Shown here: positions 13,003 through 23,494 of the stretch, in pieces
Layout: every line of letters begins with the position of its first letter
How positions within the stretch are numbered: the stretch's first letter is position 1
Assembly: GCF_000012905.2 (NCBI RefSeq)
Contig: NC_007493.2
Coordinates: forward strand, 1,320,001-1,352,000
Direction of reading: 5' to 3'
Origin: Cereibacter sphaeroides 2.4.1
GTDB lineage: Bacteria > Pseudomonadota > Alphaproteobacteria > Rhodobacterales > Rhodobacteraceae
DNA length: 32,000 nucleotides
The notes under the pieces: generated by a model
The model's input: the letters and a program-made list of their open reading frames with translations, nothing else
What the model was told of the DNA's origin: nothing
The model's database searches: none
Translations under genes and position numbers: made by a program

Positions 13003-15980
13003 GCACGCGTCTCGCACGGGGCGGACGGCTGATCGACCGCAGCCGCGCCATCGACTTCACCTTCAACGGCAAGCGGATGCGCGGCTTCGCGGGCGACACG
13101 CTGGCCGCGGCGCTTCTCGCCAACGACCAGATGCTGGTCGGGCGCAGCTTCAAGTATCACCGTCCGCGCGGCATCGTGGCGGCGGGCGCCGAAGAGCCGA
13201 ACGCGCTGGTCCAGCTCGGCACCGGCGGCCGGTCGGAGCCGAACCAGCGCACCACCACGACCGAGCTTTTCGCGGGGCTGACGGCGGCCAGCCAGAACCA
13301 CTGGCCGAGCCTCGAATTCGACGTGGGCGCGGTCAATGCGGCAGCGTCGCGCTTCCTGCCCGCAGGCTTCTACTACAAGACCTTCCTGCAGCCGCGCGCC
13401 GCGTGGAAACACCTGTTCGAGCCGGTCATCCGCCGCTCGGCGGGCCTCGGACGGCCGCCGGAAGAACCCGATGCGGACCGCTACGAGCAGGCCTATGCCT
13501 TCTGCGACCTCCTTGTGGTGGGCGGAGGCATCGCGGGGCTTCAGGCAGCGGTCAGCGCCTCGGCCTCGGGCCGGAAGGTGATGCTCCTCGAGCAGACGCC
13601 GCACTGGGGCGGACGCGCCCCTGTCGATGACGTGCTGATCGACGGGCGCCCGGCGGCGGACTGGGTGGCGGACACGGTGGCGGCACTCGAGGCCGCGCCC
13701 AATGTCACGCTCCGCACCCGCTGCATGGCGGCCGGCGTCTACGACCACGGCTATGTGCTGGCCGAGGAGCGCGTGGCCGATCATACGCCGGGCGACGGAC
13801 GGCCGAAGAAGCGCCTCTGGCGCATCCGCGCGGGCAAGGTCCTCACGGCGACGGGAGCCATCGAGCGTCCGCTGCCCTTCGCCGGCAACGATATTCCGGG
13901 CGTCATGCTCGCCTCGGCGGTGCGCGACTATCTGGTGAACTGGGCCGTCTCTCCCGGCGACCGGGTGGTGATCGTCACGAACAACGACGACGCCTACCGC
14001 ACCGCCATCGCCGTTCACCGCGCGGGGCTGACCGTGCCGGCCGTGCTCGATGCGCGGGCCGAGGCCCACGGCGCGCTGCCCGAAGAGGTGCGCAGCCTCG
14101 GCATCCCGGTCCTCACCAATCGCGCGGTGGCCAAGGTCAAGGGCGGCAAGCGCGTGACCGGCGTCACCGTCTGCGCGCAGGCGGGCGAGGGGGCGGTGCT
14201 CGACGATTTCGACTGCGATGCGGTCGCCATGTCGGGCGGCTGGTCGCCGGTCGTCCATCTCTGGAGCCACTGCGGCGGCAAGCTGATCTGGGACGAGGCG
14301 CAGGCGGCCTTCCGGCCCGACCCGGCCCGCCCGCCGATCACCCATGACGGCTCGCCGATGGTGGCGGTTGCGGGCTCGGCCAATGGCGAGCTGCTCTCGG
14401 CCGATGTGCTGGCCGATGCCCTCCGCGCCGCGGGCGGCGAGGGCGAGGCGCCCCGGGCGCAGAGCCCCGAGGAGGCGCCGACCGAGCCGGTCTGGATCAT
14501 GCCGCAGGGCGCCCCGCCGGCGCTCCGCTCGAAGATGTGGCTCGACTATCAGAACGACGTGAAAGTGTCGGACGTGCAGCTCGCCGCCCGCGAGGGCTAC
14601 GAGTCGGTCGAGCACACCAAGCGCTATACGACGCTCGGCATGGCCACCGATCAGGGCAAGCTCAGCAACATCAACGGGCTGGCCGTGCTCGCAGGCTCGC
14701 TCAATGCGCCGATCCCCGCGGTGGGCACCACCACCTTCCGCCCGCCCTACACGCCCGTCACCCTCGGCGCGCTGGTGGGCGAGGCGCGGGGCGAGATCTT
14801 CCAGCCGCTGCGCCGTACGCCGATGCACGACTGGCACGAGGCCCATGGCGCCTACTGGGAGCCGGTGGGCCTCTGGCGCCGGCCCTACTGCTACAGCCGT
14901 CCGGGCGAGAGCCATGGCGATGCGGTGGCCCGCGAGGTCACCAACGCGCGCACGAAGCTCGGTCTCCTCGACGCCTCGACGCTGGGCAAGATCCTCGTGA
15001 AGGGGCCCGATGCGGGCCGCTTCCTCGACATGCTCTACACCAACGTCATGTCGAGCCTGCCGGTCGGGCGCTGCCGCTACGGCCTCATGTGCAACGAGAA
15101 CGGCTTCCTGATGGACGATGGCGTGGTGGTCCGTCTCTCCGAGGACAGCTGGCTCTGCCACACGACCTCGGGCGGGGCGGACCGGATCCATGCCCATATG
15201 GAGGACTGGCTCCAGTGCGAATGGTGGGACTGGCAGGTCTATACCGCCAATCTCACCGAGCAGTTCGCGCAGGTGGCCATCGTCGGCCCCAACGCGCGCC
15301 TGCTGCTGGAAAAGCTCGGCGGCATGGATGTCTCGAAGGAGGCGCTGCCCTTCATGCACTGGGCGGAAGGCACCATCGCGGGCATTCCCGCGCGGGTGTT
15401 CCGCATCAGCTTCTCGGGCGAGCTCTCCTACGAGGTGGCGGTGCCCGCGGGGCAGGGGCTGGCCTTCTGGCAGGCCTGCCTCGAGGCGGGCGCCGAATTC
15501 GGCCTCATGCCCTACGGCACCGAGGCGCTGCATGTGATGCGGGCCGAGAAGGGCTTCATCATGATCGGCGACGAGACCGACGGCACGGTGGTGCCGCAGG
15601 ACCTGAACCTCGGCTGGGCGATCTCGAAGAAGAAGGCGGATTTCATCGGCAAGCGCGGCATGGAGCGAACCTTCCTGTCGAGCCCCGACCGCTGGAAGCT
15701 CGTGGGTCTCGAGACGCTCGACGGCTCGGTCCTGCCCGACGGCGCCATCGCGCCCGCGGCGGGCTCGAATGGGAACGGGCAGCGCAACACTCAGGGCCGC
15801 GTGACCTCGACCTACTGGTCGCCCACGCTGAAGAAGGGCATCGCCATGGGCCTCGTCCATCGCGGGACGGACCGGATGGGCGAGGTGATCGAGTTCCCGA
15901 AGATCTGGGGTGGCGTGGTGCAGGCGCGGATCGTCGATCCGGTGTTCTACGACAAGGCGGGAGAGAAGCAGGATGTCTGA
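12999..15980 (+). CDS. soxA: Sarcosine oxidase subunit alpha
   Basis: Track ORF 12843..15980. ATG at 12999 (MSTRLARGGRLIDRSRAIDFTFNGKRMRGFAGDTLAAALLANDQMLVGRSFKYHRPRGI). It has the nucleotide-binding motif DLLVVGGGIAGLQAA and a C-terminal aminomethyltransferase/folate-binding-like domain. Length is 993 aa. Confidence 0.93.
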   Translation: MSTRLARGGRLIDRSRAIDFTFNGKRMRGFAGDTLAAALLANDQMLVGRSFKYHRPRGIVAAGAEEPNALVQLGTGGRSEPNQRTTTTELFAGLTAASQNHWPSLEFDVGAVNAAASRFLPAGFYYKTFLQPRAAWKHLFEPVIRRSAGLGRPPEEPDADRYEQAYAFCDLLVVGGGIAGLQAAVSASASGRKVMLLEQTPHWGGRAPVDDVLIDGRPAADWVADTVAALEAAPNVTLRTRCMAAGVYDHGYVLAEERVADHTPGDGRPKKRLWRIRAGKVLTATGAIERPLPFAGNDIPGVMLASAVRDYLVNWAVSPGDRVVIVTNNDDAYRTAIAVHRAGLTVPAVLDARAEAHGALPEEVRSLGIPVLTNRAVAKVKGGKRVTGVTVCAQAGEGAVLDDFDCDAVAMSGGWSPVVHLWSHCGGKLIWDEAQAAFRPDPARPPITHDGSPMVAVAGSANGELLSADVLADALRAAGGEGEAPRAQSPEEAPTEPVWIMPQGAPPALRSKMWLDYQNDVKVSDVQLAAREGYESVEHTKRYTTLGMATDQGKLSNINGLAVLAGSLNAPIPAVGTTTFRPPYTPVTLGALVGEARGEIFQPLRRTPMHDWHEAHGAYWEPVGLWRRPYCYSRPGESHGDAVAREVTNARTKLGLLDASTLGKILVKGPDAGRFLDMLYTNVMSSLPVGRCRYGLMCNENGFLMDDGVVVRLSEDSWLCHTTSGGADRIHAHMEDWLQCEWWDWQVYTANLTEQFAQVAIVGPNARLLLEKLGGMDVSKEALPFMHWAEGTIAGIPARVFRISFSGELSYEVAVPAGQGLAFWQACLEAGAEFGLMPYGTEALHVMRAEKGFIMIGDETDGTVVPQDLNLGWAISKKKADFIGKRGMERTFLSSPDRWKLVGLETLDGSVLPDGAIAPAAGSNGNGQRNTQGRVTSTYWSPTLKKGIAMGLVHRGTDRMGEVIEFPKIWGGVVQARIVDPVFYDKAGEKQDV

Positions 15981-16530
15981 GGCGGTCAGCGCGCTGGGGA
16001 ACGCCAGCTTCGAGGGCTTCGCGACCGTGCGCGAGCTGGGGCCCATGGGAATGATCACGCTGCGGGCGAAGCACGATCTGCCGGTGCTGGCCAAGGCGCT
16101 GCAGAAGGTGCTGAAGGCGGACCTGCCCGAGCGGCGGCGCATCGTCTCGGCGGGTGAGGTGCGCGTGGGCTGGATGTCGCCCGACGAGCTTCTGATCCTT
16201 CTGCCCTATGCGGAGGTGACGGCGCGGGTCGCGGCGCTCTCCAAGGCGCTCGGATCCGCGCACGCGCTGGTGACGGATGTCTCCGACGCGCGCTGCCTCT
16301 TTGCCATCGAGGGCGAGCGGGCGGCGGAGGTGCTGATGAAGCTCTCTCCGACGGATCTGGCGGCGCTGGAGCCGGGCGAGCTGCGCCGCACCCGTTTGGC
16401 GCAGGTCGCGGCGGCCTTCTGGGCCGAGGAGGGCGGCTTCCGCCTCGTGGCCTTCCGCTCGGTCGCGGCCTATGTCATGGGGCTTCTGGCGCATTCGGCC
16501 CAGCCGGGAAGCGAGCTTTTCCCGGCCTGA
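15973..16530 (+). CDS. soxG: Sarcosine oxidase subunit gamma
   Basis: Track ORF 15910..16530. ATG at 15973 (MSEAVSALGNASFEGFATVRELGPMGMITLRAK..) overlaps the soxA end by 8 nt. The size (185 aa) and position fit SoxG. Confidence 0.88.
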   Translation: MSEAVSALGNASFEGFATVRELGPMGMITLRAKHDLPVLAKALQKVLKADLPERRRIVSAGEVRVGWMSPDELLILLPYAEVTARVAALSKALGSAHALVTDVSDARCLFAIEGERAAEVLMKLSPTDLAALEPGELRRTRLAQVAAAFWAEEGGFRLVAFRSVAAYVMGLLAHSAQPGSELFPA

Positions 16531-16542
16531 CGCCCGTCTCGG

Positions 16543-18486
16543 CTATCCAGTCAATGGCCAGAGGCGCGATCGCCTCTGGCCTTTCCTTTGCAGGCCTCGG
16601 TTCGACAGCGACTTCGCGATGACCGGCCGCGCGGAGACCAGAGGGAAATAGGTGGCCACGGCCCTGCGGCTGCCGAAGTCGGTGAAATGGCCCGCGTCGT
16701 AGAACAGGAGCTTCCCCTCGCTCCGGTAGGGACAGGGCCCCTCGCCACAGAGCGCGGCCACCGGATCGACGAAGCTCGCCCCCGGGCTCGCCGCTTCCAG
16801 CGCCTCGTTCAGGTGCGGCTCCAGCGCCACCGTCCAGCTCGCCTCGTCCGCGCCGGCCGACTTGGCGTAGGAGATGATCGGCACGTCGATCACGAAGAGC
16901 GGCGACTGGCCGATGACATGCACCTCGAGGCCGCGGTCCTCGAGCGCCCGCACCGTGTCGGCGAGCGTGCCGATCCCGCGCGAGCGCAGGTCGACCCAGC
17001 GCGCCGAAAGCACCACCGTGTCGATGTCGAGCTGGTCGATCAGCTCCATCGCATGGCCGTTGAACGCCTGACAGCTCGGCCGGGCGAAGGAATAGTAGGA
17101 CAGGACCGGCGGACAGCCCGCCTGGGTATATTGCCAGATCCGGTGTGGGATGGCCTTGGCCTCCGCCTCCAGCCCGGGGGCGTAATGGGCGGCATAGGAA
17201 TCGCCCCACAGAAGCACGCGCTTGCCCTCGTTCTTCACGATCTCGCAGGCCTCGGCATCCCAGTTGCCGAACTGCCAGTCCGTCTCGAAAAAGCAGGTGC
17301 CGTTGTGCCACGAGTTGCGCGTCTCCTCGGTAGTCTCGGCCTGCGCCGTGACGATCCAGCCCGGATGCCGCGCGGGCAGGCCGCCGCTCTGAACCAGCGC
17401 CACGCCCGCGAACGCGAAGGCTGCGAGGCCCGCGAGCGAGGCGCCGAAGAGCGCCGGCCGCCCGGACAGGGTGGCGCGGTTGCGGAACGGCTGCTCGACC
17501 CAGCGGTAGGAGACGAGCGCGAGCGCGAAGCTCAGCGCCACGATCAGCACCACCTGCGCGGGGCCGGGCTTCTGCAGCGTGGTGTAGAGCAGGAAGACGC
17601 AGATCGGCCAGTGGACGAGATAGAGCGAGTAGGAGATCCTGCCGATCCCCACCAGAGGCCGCAGCGACAGGAAGCGCGCAACGAGCGTGGGCGAGGCCCG
17701 CCCGGTCCAGATCATGAGCGCGGTCCCGAGGCAGGGCGGCAGGGCGGCCACGCCGGGGAAGGGGGTCGAATCGGTATAGAGCACCACCGGTACCAGCGTG
17801 AGCCCGAGGCCCGCGAGCGCCGCCGCCTCGTTCGCCACGCCCCGCAGTGCCACGCGGGCGGGCAGGATCGCCACCAGCGAGCCCAGCAGCAGCTCCCACG
17901 CGCGGGTGGGCAGCAGGAAGAAGTTGGCGGTCGGCCCCCGCTCGGTCATGTAGACCGACAGCGCGAAGGAGGCGACCAGCGCGATCAGAAGCACCGCCAT
18001 CTCGGCCCGGCGCACGAAGCGCCAGACGGCCCAGATCGCCACCGGCACCACCAGATAGAACTGCTCCTCGACCGCCAGCGACCAGGTGTGCAGGAGAGGG
18101 CGCAGATGGGCGCTCGCCTCGAAATAGCCCGAATTCTTCCAGAAGTAGAAGTTTGCGGTGAACGTCGCGGTCCCGAACAGGGATTTCGCGTAATCGATGA
18201 GCTGGGCCGGCAGGAACAGGATCACCGCGGCCAGCGTCGTCAGCGCCAGCGTGAAGAAGAGCGCGGGCAGGATGCGCCGGGCGCGCCGCTCGTAGAAGGT
18301 CACGATCGAGAAACGACCCGCGGCGAGATCGTCGCGAATGATCGTCGTGATCAGGAAGCCCGAGATCACGAAGAAGATGTCGACCCCGATATATCCGCCC
18401 GAGAAGAGCGTCACACCCGCGTGGAAGAGCAGGATCGGAAGGATCGCGAGCGAGCGGAGGCCATCCACATCGGGCCGGTAGCGCAT
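16543..18486 (-). CDS. Acyltransferase family 3 membrane protein with C-terminal SGNH-like domain (OafA/YrhL type)
   Basis: 647 aa. MRYRPDVDGLRSLAILPILLFHAGVTLFSGGYIGVDIFFVISGFLIT is the acyltransferase-3 N-terminal signature. Multiple TM helices are followed by a soluble C-terminal domain (LLWGDSYAAHY...). Confidence 0.9.
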   Translation of the reverse strand: MRYRPDVDGLRSLAILPILLFHAGVTLFSGGYIGVDIFFVISGFLITTIIRDDLAAGRFSIVTFYERRARRILPALFFTLALTTLAAVILFLPAQLIDYAKSLFGTATFTANFYFWKNSGYFEASAHLRPLLHTWSLAVEEQFYLVVPVAIWAVWRFVRRAEMAVLLIALVASFALSVYMTERGPTANFFLLPTRAWELLLGSLVAILPARVALRGVANEAAALAGLGLTLVPVVLYTDSTPFPGVAALPPCLGTALMIWTGRASPTLVARFLSLRPLVGIGRISYSLYLVHWPICVFLLYTTLQKPGPAQVVLIVALSFALALVSYRWVEQPFRNRATLSGRPALFGASLAGLAAFAFAGVALVQSGGLPARHPGWIVTAQAETTEETRNSWHNGTCFFETDWQFGNWDAEACEIVKNEGKRVLLWGDSYAAHYAPGLEAEAKAIPHRIWQYTQAGCPPVLSYYSFARPSCQAFNGHAMELIDQLDIDTVVLSARWVDLRSRGIGTLADTVRALEDRGLEVHVIGQSPLFVIDVPIISYAKSAGADEASWTVALEPHLNEALEAASPGASFVDPVAALCGEGPCPYRSEGKLLFYDAGHFTDFGSRRAVATYFPLVSARPVIAKSLSNRGLQRKGQRRSRLWPLTG

Positions 18487-18672
18487 GAAATGAAGTCCTG
18501 CAGGAACGTTTCTGAAAATCTCGGCTCAGCCGGAAGCATGGCGCAATGGACCGCCGCGGCGCTTATGATGTCGGGCGGCTGCAGGATTTTCAACCCCTGC
18601 CGCCCCTTGCCCCGCCGCGTCGCCCGGGGCGCTCCGAGGGCCCCCGCTGCGACATCGGGTCGCCGCGGCCCC

Positions 18673-18701
18673 TTGACCTTGCCGTAACCTGCGCTCTTAT
18701 T
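18673..18701 (+). promoter_or_regulatory. Candidate sigma-70 promoter for the SOD gene (TTGACC-N17-CTTATT)
   Basis: -35 TTGACC at 18673-18678, a 17-nt spacer, -10 CTTATT at 18696-18701. This is about 40 nt upstream of the ATG at 18742. Confidence 0.35.
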
Positions 18702-18741
18702 GACCGCGACCGCACGGATTGCGAAAGCAAAGGAGAGACCG

Positions 18742-19341
18742 ATGGCCTTCACCCTTCCTGACCTTCCCTATGCCCACGACGCGCTGGCCGCGCTCGGCAT
18801 GTCGAAGGAAACGATGGAATATCACCACGACATCCACCACAAGGCCTATGTCGACAATGGCAACAAGCTGATCGCCGGCACCGAGTGGGAGGGCAAGTCG
18901 GTCGAGGAGATCGTCAAGGGCACCTACCAGTCGGGCGCCGTGGCGCAGAACGGCATCTTCAACAACGCCAGCCAGCACTGGAACCACACGCAGTTCTGGG
19001 AAATGATGGGACCGGGCGAGAAGAAGATGCCGGGCGAGCTGGAAAAGGCGCTGGTCGACAGCTTCGGCTCGGTCGAGAAGTTCAAGGAAGACTTCTCGGC
19101 GGCGGGCGCGGGCCAGTTCGGCTCGGGCTGGGCCTGGCTCGTGAAGGATCAGGACGGCAGCCTCAAGGTCACCAAGACCGAGAACGGCGTGAACCCGCTC
19201 TGCTTCGGCCAGACCGCACTTCTGGGCTGCGACGTCTGGGAGCACAGCTATTACATCGACTTCCGCAACAAGCGCCCGGCCTACCTCTCGAACTTCCTCG
19301 AGAAGCTGGTGAACTGGGAAAACGTGGCCTCGCGCCTCTGA
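18742..19341 (+). CDS. sodB: Fe/Mn-family superoxide dismutase (Fe-SOD-like)
   Basis: Track ORF 18700..19341. ATG at 18742 follows AAGGAGAG. MAFTLPDLPYAHDALAALGMSKETMEYHHDIHHKAYV... and DVWEHSYYIDFRNKRP are classic Fe/Mn SOD motifs. Confidence 0.93.
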   Translation: MAFTLPDLPYAHDALAALGMSKETMEYHHDIHHKAYVDNGNKLIAGTEWEGKSVEEIVKGTYQSGAVAQNGIFNNASQHWNHTQFWEMMGPGEKKMPGELEKALVDSFGSVEKFKEDFSAAGAGQFGSGWAWLVKDQDGSLKVTKTENGVNPLCFGQTALLGCDVWEHSYYIDFRNKRPAYLSNFLEKLVNWENVASRL

Positions 19342-19349
19342 CATGGCTG

Positions 19350-19380
19350 GCGGAGTGCCCTCCGGGCGCTCCGCTTCTCT
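19350..19380 (+). terminator. Rho-independent terminator after the SOD gene
   Basis: An 11-bp stem gcggagtgccc / gggcgctccgc (one G-U pair) with loop tcc, followed by ttctct. It starts 9 nt after the stop. Confidence 0.55.
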
Positions 19381-19493
19381 GCCCGGAGTACCGCAAGCGC
19401 CCGAGACGCGGCACAGGCTCCGGCCAAGGCACGCGCGGCTCCTCGGGCGGCGCGGGTGCCCGATCTCCCCCGACAGGAACCTTGCCGGCTGCC

Positions 19494-20048
19494 TCAGCAG
19501 AGGGCGGCGCGCAGATGGCTCGTGAGGGTCGCCACATCCGGTGCGGCGACGTAATAATCGCGCAGGGCCCCTTCGGCGAAGCCCTGCGCAATCACCGCCT
19601 CCATCAGCGCCACGAGCGGCTTCCAGTAGCCGTCCGTGTCGAGAAGAAAGATCGGCTTCTCGTGCAGACCGATCTGGCGCCAGGTCAGCACCTCGAAGAA
19701 TTCGTCGAGCGAGCCCGCACCGCCCGGCAGCACCACGATCGCGTCGGAGTTCATGAACATGACCTTCTTGCGCTCGTGCATGTTCTCGGTGACGACCATC
19801 TGGCCCAGATCGCGCCGGCCCTGCTCGCGGGCGAGAAGATGGGTGGGGATCACGCCCATCGTCCGCCCGCCCTCGGCGAGCGCCGCGCGCGCCACCTCGC
19901 CCATCAGACCCACATCGCCCGCGCCATAGACGAGCCGCCACCCTTCACGGGCGAGCGTCTGCCCCACTTCACGCGCATCGCGGGCAAAGGCGGGGTTGAG
20001 CCCCGCTCGGGAGCCGCAGAAGACGCAGACGGAACGGAGCTGGGACAT
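19494..20048 (-). CDS. LOG family protein (TIGR00730-type Rossmann fold; cytokinin riboside 5'-monophosphate phosphoribohydrolase-like)
   Basis: 184 aa. VCVFCGSRAG, LVYGAGDVGLMGEVA and the PGGAGSLDEFFEVLTW motif (PGGxGTxxE-like) are present. Confidence 0.9.
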   Translation of the reverse strand: MSQLRSVCVFCGSRAGLNPAFARDAREVGQTLAREGWRLVYGAGDVGLMGEVARAALAEGGRTMGVIPTHLLAREQGRRDLGQMVVTENMHERKKVMFMNSDAIVVLPGGAGSLDEFFEVLTWRQIGLHEKPIFLLDTDGYWKPLVALMEAVIAQGFAEGALRDYYVAAPDVATLTSHLRAALC

Positions 20049-20148
20049 GATCTACCTGTGGATAAGGGCTTGCGTCCGGTCTTGATATCCGTGTTCCTGT
20101 AACCGAGACAAGTCAGGCGCCGAGAAGCGCGCCGGGAGCGGATGGACG

Positions 20149-21471
20149 ATGCCCCTGTTTGGCAGGATGGGACCGGGCGCCTGGATGGCGCTTGCAGCCG
20201 GGGGAGCGGCGGCAGCCGGCGGGATCGGCTACTGGGGCTGGAGCGAGCGTGCGGCCGTGCCGCCGGAGCCCGCCACGGTTCAGCAGCCCGCAGAGGCGCA
20301 ACGCGCGGCGGTGGCTCCGGAGACGTCCAAAGAAGCGGCAGAGCACGCCGCGAGCCCGACGGTCCCCGGCACCACCGTGCCAGAGGATGCGGCGGCAGTC
20401 CCTTCGCCGGCCGAGGATCCGGCCGCCGGGGCAGACGAGCCCGAGGCGGAGCAGGCGCTGGTGATCGAGCCTGCCTTCGACGTGGTCCGCATCGAGAGCG
20501 ACGGCTCGGCACTGGTGGCCGGGCGGGCGCAGCGCGGGGCCGAGGTCACGGTGCTGGTCGAGGACGAGGAGGCGGCCTCCACCACCGCGGATGCCGCGAA
20601 CCGCTTCGCCGTCATGTTCACCCTTCCGGCCGATGACCAGCCGCGGCGCCTCTCTCTGCGCATGGTGCTGCCGGACGGCACCGATTACGTCTCAACCGGC
20701 AGCGTCCTGATCGCGCCGATCCTCACGCCGCCTCCCGCTCAGGTGGCCTCGGCCGAGGCGGGGTCGGACGCGGCGACGCAGGAGCTTGCCCGGGCCCCGC
20801 TGCCGCGCGCGCCCGCGGCGCTGCTTCTGGGCGATGGCAATGTGAAGGTGCTCCAGCCCGCCGGTGAGGCGCTCGAGGATCTCGCGGGCGTCTCCGTCGA
20901 CACGATCTCCTATGGCCCGGATGGCTCGGTGCTTCTGTCGGGTCGGGGCGGCGAGGGGGATTTCGTCCGGCTCTACCTCGACAACCGCGAGATCGCGACC
21001 GTGAGCATTGCGCCGGACGGCACGTGGGGGGTGAGCCTGACGGGGATCGAGCCCGGCCGCTACGCGCTTCGCGCCGACAGGATCGATCCCGAAGGCGAGG
21101 TGGTGGCCCGGTTCGAGACGCCCTTCGCGCGCGAAACCCACGAGACGGTGGCCGCCGCGCTCGAGGCGCAGAGCCGGCCCGGCGGCGCGCCGGGTGTAGA
21201 AGCGCAGCCCCTCGTGCCGGGCACCGAAGGGGCGCCGCCCGCGGGCGGGCCGGGCGCGGGCCTCACGGCCTCGGCCGAGGGCGAGCCTCCAAGTGGCGCG
21301 CCGGTCTCGGTCACCGTGCAGCCGGGCTTCTCGCTGTGGCGCATCGCCGAGGAGACCTTCGGCGAGGGCATCCTCTATGTGAAGGTCTACGAGGCGAACC
21401 GCACCGCGATCCGCGACCCCGACCTGATCTATCCGGGGCAGGTCTTCACCCTTCCGACGCCGACGGACTGA
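20149..21471 (+). CDS. LysM peptidoglycan-binding domain protein with N-terminal membrane anchor
   Basis: 440 aa. N-terminal hydrophobic segment, an Ala/Pro/Glu-rich linker, and a C-terminal LysM ([49 protein letters not shown]). Confidence 0.88.
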   Translation: MPLFGRMGPGAWMALAAGGAAAAGGIGYWGWSERAAVPPEPATVQQPAEAQRAAVAPETSKEAAEHAASPTVPGTTVPEDAAAVPSPAEDPAAGADEPEAEQALVIEPAFDVVRIESDGSALVAGRAQRGAEVTVLVEDEEAASTTADAANRFAVMFTLPADDQPRRLSLRMVLPDGTDYVSTGSVLIAPILTPPPAQVASAEAGSDAATQELARAPLPRAPAALLLGDGNVKVLQPAGEALEDLAGVSVDTISYGPDGSVLLSGRGGEGDFVRLYLDNREIATVSIAPDGTWGVSLTGIEPGRYALRADRIDPEGEVVARFETPFARETHETVAAALEAQSRPGGAPGVEAQPLVPGTEGAPPAGGPGAGLTASAEGEPPSGAPVSVTVQPGFSLWRIAEETFGEGILYVKVYEANRTAIRDPDLIYPGQVFTLPTPTD

Positions 21472-21556
21472 TCGCAGGCGAGCCGGGCGGGACGGGCTTC
21501 GGCTCTGGCAATCCGGGTGAGGGCGGCTTAGGTAGGGCTCTCCGAGGAGATCCCCG

Positions 21557-23395
21557 ATGAGCGAAGCGAGACAGAGGCCGGGCCCGACGCCCGTTGATCC
21601 GCCGGAAATGAGCGGCTGGGCGACCATGAAGCGCATGGCGCCCTACCTTTGGCCGAAGGGCCAGACCTGGGTGAAGCGGCGCGTCGTCATCGCCATGGCG
21701 ATGCTGGTGCTGGCCAAGGTGATCTCTGTCTCGACCCCCTTCTTCTACAAGGCCGCGGTGGATGCGCTCGCGGGCGATGCGCCCACGCCCGCCTTCATGC
21801 TGGGCCTCGGCGCGGTCGGGATGACGGTGGCCTACGGGCTGGCGCGGCTCGGCGCCGTGGCCTTCGGGGAACTGCGCGACGCGATCTTCGTGCGCGTGGG
21901 CCAGCGTGCCCTGCGCCAGCTCGCGCTCGAGACCTTCACCCACATCCACCGGCTCTCGCTGCGCTACCACATCAGCCGCAAGACCGGCGGTCTCAGCCGC
22001 ATCATCGAGCGCGGCGTGAAGGGCGTCGATTTCCTGCTGCGCTTCATGCTCTTCTCGATCGGGCCCCTCTTCATCGAGCTGACGCTGGTCGCGATCATCT
22101 TCGCGGTTGTGTTCGGCTGGCAATATATGGTCGTGGTGGTGGCCACCGTCGCGCTCTATGTGGCCTTCACCTTCAAGGTCACCGAGTGGCGGGTGCAGAT
22201 CCGCCGCCAGATGAACGAGCAGGACACCGACGCGAACCAGAAGGCCATCGACTCGCTCCTGAATTTCGAGACGGTGAAATATTTCGGCGCCGAGCTGCGC
22301 GAGGCCGAACGCTACGATGCGGCCATGGCGGGCTACGAGAAGGCGGCGGTCAAGACCGGCCAGTCGCTCGCCGTCCTGAACGCGGGGCAGAGCCTTCTCA
22401 TCACCGCGGGGCTCGTGGCGGTCATGGTCATGGCGGCCTACGGCGTGCAGGCGGGTCGGCTCACGGTCGGGGATTTCGTGATGGTCAATGCCTACATGAT
22501 CCAGATCACCCTGCCGCTCGGCTTCCTCGGCACCGTCTACCGCGAGATCCGGCAGGCGCTCGTGGACATGGGGCAGATGTTCGGTCTGCTCGCCCAGCCG
22601 GCCGAAGTCAGCGACGCGCCCGGGGCGCGGCCGCTCGCGGTGGCGGGCGGCACGGTTGAGCTCGAGAATGTCCGCTTCGGCTATGACGCGGGCCGCACGA
22701 TCCTCAAGGGCATCTCGCTCCGGGTCGAGGCGGGCGAGACGGTGGCGCTGGTCGGTCCCTCGGGGTCGGGCAAGTCCACGATCGGCCGGCTCCTCTTCCG
22801 GTTCTACGACGTGAACGAGGGCGCCATCCGCATCGACGGGCAGGATCTGCGCGCGGTCACGCAGGACTCGCTCCATGCGCAGATCGGCGTGGTGCCGCAG
22901 GACACGGTGCTCTTCAACGACACGATCTTCTACAACATCGCCTACGGCCGCCCCGGTGCCACGCCCGAACAGGTCGAGGCCGCGGCGCGGGCCGCGAAGA
23001 TCCACGACTTCATTCTGCGCCTGCCCGAGGGCTACCGCACGATGGTGGGCGAACGCGGCCTGAAGCTCTCGGGGGGCGAGAAGCAGCGGGTGGGCATCGC
23101 GCGCACCCTGCTCAAGAACCCGCCGATCCTGCTTCTCGACGAGGCGACCTCGGCGCTCGACACCCAGACCGAGCGCGACATCCAGGATTCCCTGCGCGAG
23201 ATGGGCGAGGGGCGAACCGTCATCACCATCGCGCACCGGCTTTCCACCATCGCCGATGCCGACCGGATCGTGGTGCTGGAAGAGGGGCGGATCGTCGAGG
23301 AGGGGCGGCACGAACAGCTTCTCGCCCGCAGCGGGCGCTATGCCTCGATGTGGGCGCGGCAATCGGCCGAGGAAGAGGACGAGGCGGCGGCCTGA
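21557..23395 (+). CDS. ABC transporter permease/ATPase fusion, Atm1/ABCB7/HMT1-type exporter
   Basis: 612 aa. ATG follows GAGGAG. It has a six-TM N-terminal domain, then Walker A GPSGSGKST, the signature LSGGEKQRV and Walker B ILLLDEATSALD. The overall sequence is very like Atm1-family half transporters. Confidence 0.9.
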   Translation: MSEARQRPGPTPVDPPEMSGWATMKRMAPYLWPKGQTWVKRRVVIAMAMLVLAKVISVSTPFFYKAAVDALAGDAPTPAFMLGLGAVGMTVAYGLARLGAVAFGELRDAIFVRVGQRALRQLALETFTHIHRLSLRYHISRKTGGLSRIIERGVKGVDFLLRFMLFSIGPLFIELTLVAIIFAVVFGWQYMVVVVATVALYVAFTFKVTEWRVQIRRQMNEQDTDANQKAIDSLLNFETVKYFGAELREAERYDAAMAGYEKAAVKTGQSLAVLNAGQSLLITAGLVAVMVMAAYGVQAGRLTVGDFVMVNAYMIQITLPLGFLGTVYREIRQALVDMGQMFGLLAQPAEVSDAPGARPLAVAGGTVELENVRFGYDAGRTILKGISLRVEAGETVALVGPSGSGKSTIGRLLFRFYDVNEGAIRIDGQDLRAVTQDSLHAQIGVVPQDTVLFNDTIFYNIAYGRPGATPEQVEAAARAAKIHDFILRLPEGYRTMVGERGLKLSGGEKQRVGIARTLLKNPPILLLDEATSALDTQTERDIQDSLREMGEGRTVITIAHRLSTIADADRIVVLEEGRIVEEGRHEQLLARSGRYASMWARQSAEEEDEAAA

Positions 23396-23494
23396 GGCGG
23401 CGCCCCCCGCGCCCGCCTCTGCACCGGCGGGAGCGGGGCTTGGCAAGCCCTTGGGCTTGCGTGTAAGACGAAGGCACCAGCGAGGGAGAGGGCC

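Noticed and set aside
12993-16142. 1049-aa reverse-strand ORF opposite soxA/soxG; also the similar long off-frame ORFs 7334..8686, 7441..8760, 10809..12446, 16588..18687, 27151..29400, 2788..4155 and 4291..5892
   Set aside because: All are antisense or off-frame to genes with strong homology-type signatures. All have the R/P/G/A-rich composition of non-coding frames in GC-rich genomes.
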